Assembly (NCBI GenBank): GCA_046729795.1
Contig: JBKPHH010000010.1
Coordinates: forward strand, 10,397-74,396
Reading direction: 5' to 3'
DNA: 64,000 nt
From: Actinomycetota bacterium
Lineage (GTDB): Bacteria > Actinomycetota > Thermoleophilia > Gaiellales > Gaiellaceae
Each line of letters opens with the position of its first letter. The first letter of the stretch is position 1. The notes beneath the pieces were generated by a model. The model saw only the letters and a list, made by a program, of their open reading frames with translations. It was not told where the DNA came from and made no database searches. Of this stretch, positions 8,467-15,178 are shown piece after piece. The position numbers and the translations under genes are program-made.

Positions 8467-9525
8467 TTGATCGACAACGACCGGGCTGAGTCGAAAACGT
8501 TGAGGCGGCTGGTCGCCGTCTCTGTCGCTGTGGTGCTGGGAGCGGTTGCGCTTCCGGCGGCCGGCGCTTCGCGGGCGCCCATCCTCTCGATTCCGTGGGT
8601 TGCCCCCAGCCCCGCGGACGGCCAGAGCTATTCGGTCGCGGCGGGGACCCCGATCGCGGTCACGCTCTCGGCCGGCCCGACCGCAGGAATTTCGGTTCGA
8701 TCCGTTCCAGCGGGGGCGTCGTTGGCGCCGCAGGCCGCCGATCCCAGCGCGTCCGTCTTCACCTGGACGCCGAAAGCAGCTCAGACAGGCACCTGGCCGA
8801 TCGTCTTCGTCGCGAAGGACCGCACTCGGCCGGGCAAGTTCTCGCTTCCGCGGACGATCTTCGTCGAGGTGCTGCCCGCGTCATCGAGCGCTCCGCTGCT
8901 GCTCACGGGCTCGGGCAATCTCTCGCGCTGGGCGTACGTCTATCGCGAGGCGGTCGTGCGAAAGCGGCCGACCGTCGGGTCGCCGATGGTCACGAGGCTC
9001 CCGGCGATGACACCGGAAGGAACCGACAACATCGTGCTCGCGCTCGCGCAGGCCACCGACGAGCGCGGTCGCAAGTGGGTGAAGATTCGGCTCGCGATCC
9101 TGCCGAACAACTCGACGGGTTGGATCCAACGTGACGTGCTCGGCTCGTACATCGCGGTCAGGAAGCACCTGGTGATCGACCGGGCGACGTTCTCGGCCAC
9201 GCTCTACGGCCGCGGCATTCCGCTGTTTCGCACGCGCGTCGGCGTCGGCAAGCCGTACTGGCCGACCCCGCGCGGGGAGTACTACGTGCGCGTGATGCTG
9301 ACGGGTTATGCCGATCCGTTCTACGGCCCGGTTGCCTTCGGAACGAGCGCGCGGTCGGCGGTGCTGACGGACTGGCCGGGAGGCGGCTACATCGGGATCC
9401 ACGGCACGAGCCTGCCGTGGCTGCTTCCCGGACGCGTCTCCCACGGCTGCGTCCGGATCAAGAACGCCGCCATTCTCCGGCTCGCCCGCCTGATGGGCCC
9501 CGGAACCCCCGTCAGCATCCGATAG
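8467..9525 (+). CDS. L,D-transpeptidase (YkuD domain) with signal peptide, Ig-like and SH3-like N-terminal domains
   Basis: C-terminal GIHGTSLPWLLPGRVSHGCVRIKN carries the catalytic His/Cys motif. N-terminal signal-like hydrophobic stretch. Confidence 0.85.
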   Translation: MIDNDRAESKTLRRLVAVSVAVVLGAVALPAAGASRAPILSIPWVAPSPADGQSYSVAAGTPIAVTLSAGPTAGISVRSVPAGASLAPQAADPSASVFTWTPKAAQTGTWPIVFVAKDRTRPGKFSLPRTIFVEVLPASSSAPLLLTGSGNLSRWAYVYREAVVRKRPTVGSPMVTRLPAMTPEGTDNIVLALAQATDERGRKWVKIRLAILPNNSTGWIQRDVLGSYIAVRKHLVIDRATFSATLYGRGIPLFRTRVGVGKPYWPTPRGEYYVRVMLTGYADPFYGPVAFGTSARSAVLTDWPGGGYIGIHGTSLPWLLPGRVSHGCVRIKNAAILRLARLMGPGTPVSIR

Positions 9526-9576
9526 CCCGGGCACCATCTCGGGACGGACAATTTTTCTGGCGATATCCGTTTCGAG

Positions 9577-10656
9577 TTGTATACTGCGCCGCTCGTGGGG
9601 GGACGGTGTGACAAAACCCTCCGGCGTGCGCTCATCGCCGGGGCCTTTCTCGTTGCACTGCTGGGCTTCACGGCACCCGCGAACGCGGTGCCGAACTGGG
9701 TAGCGGCGAAAAACGCGGTCAGGATCGGGTGGCAGGATCCGACGCCTGCCTCGGGAACGCGCTTCACGGTCGAGGCCGGGTCGACCGTCTCGTTCTCCCT
9801 CGCGGCGGTCGCTCCGGCGGCGGCTCCGGTTCGAATCGTCGCGCGCGGGCTGCCCAGGGGCGCGGCCTTCTCAGTGGTCAGCGGCACGACGGCGACGGCC
9901 GGGATCACGTTCACGCCGACGACGAGCCAGGTTCGCGACTACACGGTCAGGTTCTCGGCGAAGACGATCGCGGGCCCGCTCTTGCGTTCCCGGACGCTCA
10001 CGATCCGCCTGCGCGTCTATGGCAAGTGGGTGCTGAGCGGCGAGAACGAGACGTACCACTGGGCCTACGTGAACGTCCCGGCGGTCGTCCGCCGCCGGCC
10101 GAGCAGAGGCGCGACGGCGTTCAAGCGGCTCGGCCTCTGGACGCCTGAGAACACGCCGAACCTCGTGCTGGCCCTGAACGGCGAGCGCAAGCGCAACGGA
10201 CAGACGTGGGTCCGCGTCCGCCTCGCGATGCTGCCGAACAACACGACCGGCTGGGTTCTCCGCGGCGCGCTTGGTCCCTTCCGGAAGATCCGGACGCACC
10301 TGATCGTGTCGCGCGCGGGGACCGTCGCCACGCTCTACAAGGCCGGCAAGGTCGTCTGGAAAGCCCGAGTGGGCGTGGGGCAACCGCGCTGGCCGACGCC
10401 TCGGGGCGAGTTCTTCATCCGCGAGCGCCTCGCCGGCTTCAACAACCCCGTCTACGGGCCCGTCGCGTTCGGGACGAGCGCCCGATCCGCCGTGCTCACC
10501 GACTGGCCCGGCGGCGGTTTCATCGGGATCCACGGAACGAACGCCCCCGGACTGATTCCGGGGCACATCTCGCACGGCTGCATCCGCGTCCGCAACGGCG
10601 CGGTCATGCGGCTCTGGCGGCTCATGCCTCTCGGCACGCCGCTCACGGTTACCTAG
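9577..10656 (+). CDS. L,D-transpeptidase paralog (YkuD domain)
   Basis: GIHGTNAPGLIPGHISHGCIRVRN, with the same domain order as the upstream gene. The start may be GTG 9595, which lies 9 nt after a TGTATACT extended -10. Confidence 0.85.
   Translation: MYTAPLVGGRCDKTLRRALIAGAFLVALLGFTAPANAVPNWVAAKNAVRIGWQDPTPASGTRFTVEAGSTVSFSLAAVAPAAAPVRIVARGLPRGAAFSVVSGTTATAGITFTPTTSQVRDYTVRFSAKTIAGPLLRSRTLTIRLRVYGKWVLSGENETYHWAYVNVPAVVRRRPSRGATAFKRLGLWTPENTPNLVLALNGERKRNGQTWVRVRLAMLPNNTTGWVLRGALGPFRKIRTHLIVSRAGTVATLYKAGKVVWKARVGVGQPRWPTPRGEFFIRERLAGFNNPVYGPVAFGTSARSAVLTDWPGGGFIGIHGTNAPGLIPGHISHGCIRVRNGAVMRLWRLMPLGTPLTVT
9580..9585 (+). promoter_or_regulatory. extended -10 TGTATACT upstream of the second L,D-transpeptidase
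   Basis: Lies in an AT-rich spacer (caatttttctggcgatatccgtttcgagtTGtATACT). GTG 9595 follows after 9 nt. Confidence 0.45.
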
Positions 10657-11453
10657 CGAAAGACGCCGAAGAGCGGCGCGGCGAGGCGGCGCCAGCTACC
10701 CGCGCGCGCCTGCAGGCGAGAGCGGTGCCGGCGCAGCTCGAGGCGGGTGCGATGCCGGGGAGCGAGCAGGCTGTGCGCGATCGCGAGGAACGAGCTTCGG
10801 GCGAGCTCGACCACTCGGTAGCCCGAATCCTGGAAGCGGTATGCGGCGGGCGCGCGCTTCCAGCCTCCGCCCGGCCACATGGCCTGGCTCACCCGCTCGA
10901 AGCGGTAGGCGAGGGCGTTGCACGCGCCGACGTTGCCGTTCCAGCTCTCTGAGGTGATCACCGGTTCCCAGGCGCCGTGGCTTTGGGGCAGGAAGATCGG
11001 CTCGGTCACCGGCCGGCGGTCGACCCACGCGCGCCACCAGCCCGGGCGCCCGCGGATCTCGAGCACGGCGATGCGGTGACGCTCGCCTGGGCTGACCCGC
11101 TGGAGCTCGTCGAAACGATAGGGAGCTCCCGGCTTCATCACCTCGACGTACAGGAAGTCCTTCTCGTCACGCGGTTCCGCGGTGAGCCCGACCTGAATCC
11201 ACTCGTCCTGGCCGTTCGGTCCGCCTCCCGCCCAGCCGAGCCCGACCCAGCCGGCGACGTGCCCGGCCCGCACGCGGGGCGCGGCGAGCGACGAGATCGT
11301 GGCGGCCACGCCGTAGACGCGCTTGGGTCCCTGTACTCCCGCGTACGAGTAACCGCCGCCGCTGCCACGGCAGGTCCCGCCGAACGCCGGTCCGGCGAGG
11401 AGGCAAGCGGTTGCCAGCGCTGCCGCGAGCGCGGTAGGTCGTGCGAGCGACAA
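10653..11453 (-). CDS. secreted hypothetical protein (possible concanavalin/G1-peptidase-like fold)
   Basis: TTG start at 11453 with GGAGG 5 nt upstream. Signal peptide MSLARPTALAAALATACLLAGPAFG. Segments YSYAGV, AGWVGLG, EWIQVGL and AWEPVITSESW loosely recall eqolisin (G1) motifs; this is unverified. Confidence 0.55.
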   Translation of the reverse strand: MSLARPTALAAALATACLLAGPAFGGTCRGSGGGYSYAGVQGPKRVYGVAATISSLAAPRVRAGHVAGWVGLGWAGGGPNGQDEWIQVGLTAEPRDEKDFLYVEVMKPGAPYRFDELQRVSPGERHRIAVLEIRGRPGWWRAWVDRRPVTEPIFLPQSHGAWEPVITSESWNGNVGACNALAYRFERVSQAMWPGGGWKRAPAAYRFQDSGYRVVELARSSFLAIAHSLLAPRHRTRLELRRHRSRLQARAGSWRRLAAPLFGVFR

Positions 11454-11628
11454 AGGAACCTCCGATCGAAAGCAGCAGCGCGTTCGAGCGCTGCGCCTCG
11501 ATCATCGTCCCGAGGTTCCGCGCCTCCGATCCCTCGTTCGAGGTAATCAACACGAGCGGTGCCGTGTTGTCACACTTGGCGGCGCTCTTAACGAAAAAAC
11601 GACCCGAGTGAAGCTTGTTACCGACCTC

Positions 11629-11766
11629 TTACCGCTGTTCCCACTCCTCGTCCTTGCGCAGCTTCCAGACCGAGTAGCCCGCGAGCGCGATCAGGATGAT
11701 CGGGAGCGCCACCATGAGTGCGACGATGAGCCCGCCCAGGCCGAGCACGAGTCCCGCGGGTGTCAT
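11629..11766 (-). CDS. 45-aa single-pass membrane micro-protein (hypothetical)
   Basis: Not in the ORF track because it is under 60 aa. ATG 11766 overlaps the stop of the SHOCT gene (ATGA). Product MTPAGLVLGLGGLIVALMVALPIILIALAGYSVWKLRKDEEWEQR. G/C-rich third positions. Confidence 0.45.
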   Translation of the reverse strand: MTPAGLVLGLGGLIVALMVALPIILIALAGYSVWKLRKDEEWEQR

Positions 11767-12158
11767 GTCGCGAGTGCCTTTTGCTTGATCGCGTCGAACT
11801 CCGCCTGGGTGATCGCGCCGGAGTCGAGCAGCTTCTTGGCCCGCTCGATCTCCCCGGCGGCTCCGCCGCTACCCGCGGTCTCCCGGACGTATTCGTCCAC
11901 CTGGGCGCGTTGGGCTTGCATTCGATCGAGGTTTCGCTGGGTCATCCCGTCATGCTCCGCGATCAGGTACACGAAGACGCCGAGGTACGGCAAGAGGATC
12001 GTGAAGATCAGCCAGCCCGCCTTGCCCCAGCCGGAGAGGTCGCGCCGGCGGAAGATGTCCGCGAATACCGTGAAGAGCAGCCAGAACCACAGCACCCAGA
12101 GGAAGAAGATGACCATCGTCCACAACACGTCGAGAAACGGGTAATTCGCTGCGAGCAT
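11763..12158 (-). CDS. PLDc_N (cardiolipin-synthase N-terminal-like) membrane domain plus SHOCT domain protein
   Basis: Two TM helices with the WGKAGWLIFTILLPYLGVFVYL motif. C-terminal EIERAKKLLDSGAITQAEFDAIKQKAL is a SHOCT motif. GAGGAGG 5 nt upstream of the ATG. Confidence 0.78.
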   Translation of the reverse strand: MLAANYPFLDVLWTMVIFFLWVLWFWLLFTVFADIFRRRDLSGWGKAGWLIFTILLPYLGVFVYLIAEHDGMTQRNLDRMQAQRAQVDEYVRETAGSGGAAGEIERAKKLLDSGAITQAEFDAIKQKALAT

Positions 12159-12249
12159 CTACGCCTCCTCGGGAATCGTCTTCGGGACAGCGCTAGCTTC
12201 TCACGCCGGGGCGCCGATTGCATCTTGGGGCCGTGAGCCGTTTACAGCT

Positions 12250-12277
12250 CCGGAAACGCGGAACCCGCCGTTTCCGG
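12250..12277 (-). terminator. 9-bp stem-loop downstream of tRNA-Gln
   Basis: CCGGAAACG (12250..12258) pairs with CGTTTCCGG (12269..12277) around a 10-nt loop. No U-tract, so function is uncertain. Confidence 0.35.
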
Positions 12278-12290
12278 CGGGTCCTTCAGG

Positions 12291-12361
12291 CTGCGGGGCT
12301 AGGATTCGAACCTAGACTACTCGGTCCAGAGCCGAGCGTCCTACCGTTAGACGACCCCGCA
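12291..12361 (-). tRNA. tRNA-Gln (anticodon CTG)
   Basis: Reverse complement reads TGCGGGG TC GTCT AACGGT AGGAC G CTCGG CTCTGGA CCGAG TAGT CTAGG TTCGAAT CCTAG CCCCGCA G. U1-A72 is typical for tRNA-Gln. Confidence 0.9.
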
Positions 12362-12372
12362 AAGGGTGACGC

Positions 12373-12378
12373 ATTGTA
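12373..12378 (-). promoter_or_regulatory. -10-like TACAAT, 11 nt upstream of the tRNA-Gln 5' end
   Basis: Reverse complement of attgta, between the HD-like gene stop and the tRNA. Confidence 0.45.
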
Positions 12379-12385
12379 GCGCCGT

Positions 12386-13264
12386 CTAGGTTTCCAGCCG
12401 GTAGCGCGGGAGGAGCAGCTTCTCGGCTTCGCCCTCGATGTGGGCGATCACGTCGACGTAGGGCTCGAGCCGGGACCCGCGCAGCTTCGCCCGGAGCAGC
12501 TCGTCGACCTGGTAGATGCCGGACGAGTTGTTCATGACGATCTCGATCCGGATCGGGCGGTCCTCGCCGTCGGTGATGATCACGTCCTCGATCGCCGCCG
12601 CCGAGAGCGAGTGGATCGACACGCTGCCGCGCTCGAACGGAATCCGGGAGCGGCCCTTCGCCATGTCGAGCGCGTCGGCGACCCGGACGATCCCCGCCTC
12701 CAGGGTCAACGGCTTCCCGTATTCGCGGTGGCTCGTGATCGTGTGCAGCACCTCGGTCGCGACGACCGTCAAGTCGGGCTCCTCGTAGAGGCCGGCCAGG
12801 AGCTCGCGCAGCTTCGGCTCCGCGAGAAAGAGGCTGAAGTCCTCGTGCCCGTCACGGTGCACGGCCATTCCGATGCAATGCGTGAGGGCGCCGAGCAGCA
12901 CGACGACCTCCGCGTCGTCGCGCTCCATGCCGTAGTCGCTGACCATGTTCGGCTCGACGCCGCGCTTCGTCAGCTGGCGCAGGAGCTTCAGCGCGATGTT
13001 CGCGACGATCTGGACGTGCACCCAGGAGTGATCGTTGATCTGCAGCCGCACCGCGGCGTTCACGTTGGCGACGTGCCACCAGGCCTTCAGCTCCTTGTCT
13101 GCGTTGACGCGCTCGAGCAGCGTGCGCACCTTGCGGTTGCTACGCGGCGGGATGTTGAGCCGCATCCGCTCGACCGCCTCCGCGGGCGTGAGCCGGGTAT
13201 CTCGCTCGGCCTCCTCCGAGACGGGCTGCTCGATCCGCTCTTCGGTCTCTCGATCGAGCGCCAT
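12386..13264 (-). CDS. HD-superfamily-like phosphohydrolase (tentative)
   Basis: 292-aa ORF. NDHSWVHVQIVANIALKLL ... LLGALTHCIGMAVHRDGHEDF resembles the HD domain, but with HC where HD is expected. Confidence 0.5.
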   Translation of the reverse strand: MALDRETEERIEQPVSEEAERDTRLTPAEAVERMRLNIPPRSNRKVRTLLERVNADKELKAWWHVANVNAAVRLQINDHSWVHVQIVANIALKLLRQLTKRGVEPNMVSDYGMERDDAEVVVLLGALTHCIGMAVHRDGHEDFSLFLAEPKLRELLAGLYEEPDLTVVATEVLHTITSHREYGKPLTLEAGIVRVADALDMAKGRSRIPFERGSVSIHSLSAAAIEDVIITDGEDRPIRIEIVMNNSSGIYQVDELLRAKLRGSRLEPYVDVIAHIEGEAEKLLLPRYRLET

Positions 13265-13321
13265 CAGGCGACCTCCGCCGCCCAGTCTCCATCTGAGGCG
13301 TCGCTTGCGATGCCGTTTAGA

Positions 13322-13348
13322 GGGCAGGCGGGCTTTGCCCGACTGCCC
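13322..13348 (-). terminator. strong GC hairpin inside the ABC/HD spacer
   Basis: On the minus strand GGGCAG-T-CGGGC-AAA-GCCCG-C-CTGCCC: 11 bp with one 1x1 mismatch. Not followed by a U-tract. Confidence 0.35.
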
Positions 13349-13372
13349 GGTCTAATCACAATCGGGTGCGCG

Positions 13373-15178
13373 CTACGCAACTTCTGCCGCCCAGTCTCCA
13401 TAGAGGGAGGTATAGAGGCCGCGTCGCCGCATCAGCTCGTCGTGGTTGCCCTGCTCGACGACGCGCCCGTGCTCCAGCACGACGATCAGGTCTGCATCGC
13501 GGATCGTTGAGAGGCGATGGGCAATGATGAACGCGGTTCTGCCCGAGAGCAACAGTCGCAACGCCTGTTCGATCTTGCGCTCGGTGCCGATGTCCACCGA
13601 TGACGTCGCCTCATCGAGGATCAGGATGCGGGGGTCGGCGAGCAGCGCGCGTGCGAGCGCGACGAGCTGGCGCTGGCCGAGGGAGAGCCGCGTTCCGCGC
13701 TCCTGCACGTCGGTCGCGTAGCCGTCCTCGAGCCGCATGATGAAGTCGTGCGCGCCGACTGCCTGCGCCGCGCGGACGACGTCCTCGGGCGCCGCGTCGG
13801 GGCGACCGAACGCGATGTTGTCCTTCACGGTCCCGGCGAAGAGAAACCCCTCCTGGGGCACGATCCCGAGCTGTCGCCGAAGCGAGGCCTGCGTGACGTC
13901 GCGCAGGTCGATGCCGTCGATGGTGATCCGGCCCTCGCGGGGGTCGTAGAAGCGGGCGAGGAGCTTCGCGATCGTCGACTTGCCGGCGCCGGTGTGACCG
14001 ACGAGGGCGACCGTCGTTCCGGCCGGGACGTCCAGGTCGAGGTCGTGTAAGACGTCCGGCCCCTCGCCGTAGCCGAAGCGCACGCCGTCGAACCGAACGT
14101 CGCCTTCGACCTCCGGCAGCTCGCGCGCGTTGTCTTTGTCCAGCACCTCGGGCTCCTCCTCCAGCACGTCCATGATCTTGTCGAGCGCGGCGGTCGCGGA
14201 GAGGAACGTGTTGTACAGCTGCGAGAGCTGCTGCACCGGGTCGAAGAAGTTCTGCACGTAGAGCATGAAGGCGAACAGCGTTCCCAGCGTGACGTCGCCC
14301 TGGAAGTACAGGTGGCCGCCGTAGCCGAGCACGACTGCGAGCGCGACGGACGAGACGAGGTCGACGAACGGGAAGTAGAGGGCGTTGAGGACGACAGTGC
14401 GCATGTTCGACTCCCGATAGTGGTCTGCGACCTCGCGGAAGTGCGCGATATTCCGGTCCTCGCGGGTGAAGGCCTGCACGATTCGCATCCCCGCGATGTC
14501 CTCCGCAAGCGTTGCGGTGACGAGACCGAGCCGCTCTCGCACCGCCGCGTAGGCGCGCGAGGAGTAGACCCGAAAGAGGATCGTGCCGACGCTCATGATC
14601 GGGATCACGGCGAGCGTGGCGAGCGCGAGCCGCCAGTCGAGCACGAAGAGCAGAATCGCCGTGCCCAGCAGCATCAGCGTGCTCTGCACGAGCGTGGTGA
14701 CGCCGTCGGTGACGAGCTGGTCCAGCGCCTCGACGTCGTTCGTCAGGCGGCTGATGATCACGCCCGCGCGCGTGCGCTCGTAGAAGCCGAGCGAGAGCCG
14801 CTGCAGGTGCCGGAAGAGCTTGATCCGCAGGTCGGCCAGGATGCGCTCGCCGACCCAGCCCGTCAGGTACGTCTGGACGTAGCTCATCCCCCAGTTCGCG
14901 AGCCCTGCGAGCAGGAAGGCGCCGACGATCAACCAGAGGGCATCGAGGTTTTGCTTGACGATCCCCTCGTCCACGGCGAACTTGGAGAGGAACGGCGGTA
15001 AGAGCGCGGTCGCCGTCGCGGCGAGGAGCGACCCTATCGACAGGATCGTCCGCAGACGATAGGGCGCCGTCAGCCGAGCGAGGGTCGTCAGCCTGCGCCG
15101 CGTGCGCCGCCAGGACCAGTCGTCGACCTGCGCGCCTCGCTCGCGCATGAGGTGGCCGCCGGGCTGCCACACGCGCAT
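13373..15178 (-). CDS. ABC exporter, fused permease/ATPase (MsbA/multidrug type), subunit 2
   Basis: Six-TM N-terminal half, Walker A GHTGAGKST, signature LSLGQRQ, Walker B ILILDEATSSVD. Confidence 0.9.
   Translation of the reverse strand: MRVWQPGGHLMRERGAQVDDWSWRRTRRRLTTLARLTAPYRLRTILSIGSLLAATATALLPPFLSKFAVDEGIVKQNLDALWLIVGAFLLAGLANWGMSYVQTYLTGWVGERILADLRIKLFRHLQRLSLGFYERTRAGVIISRLTNDVEALDQLVTDGVTTLVQSTLMLLGTAILLFVLDWRLALATLAVIPIMSVGTILFRVYSSRAYAAVRERLGLVTATLAEDIAGMRIVQAFTREDRNIAHFREVADHYRESNMRTVVLNALYFPFVDLVSSVALAVVLGYGGHLYFQGDVTLGTLFAFMLYVQNFFDPVQQLSQLYNTFLSATAALDKIMDVLEEEPEVLDKDNARELPEVEGDVRFDGVRFGYGEGPDVLHDLDLDVPAGTTVALVGHTGAGKSTIAKLLARFYDPREGRITIDGIDLRDVTQASLRRQLGIVPQEGFLFAGTVKDNIAFGRPDAAPEDVVRAAQAVGAHDFIMRLEDGYATDVQERGTRLSLGQRQLVALARALLADPRILILDEATSSVDIGTERKIEQALRLLLSGRTAFIIAHRLSTIRDADLIVVLEHGRVVEQGNHDELMRRRGLYTSLYGDWAAEVA

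Noticed and set aside
11454-11628. Possible ydaO/cyclic-di-AMP riboswitch, which often precedes actinobacterial wall hydrolase genes
   Set aside because: I could not find the conserved ydaO core elements (the paired ACGGGGA/CCCGA-type pseudo-symmetric motifs). Only generic hairpins are present. It is kept as an unclassified leader.
13262-13360. Small minus-strand ORF (GTG near 13359 to TGA 13262) ending in ...DGDWAAEVA
   Set aside because: Its C-terminus is explained as a duplicated fossil of the ABC gene 3' end. The rest runs through the hairpin and has no coding signature.
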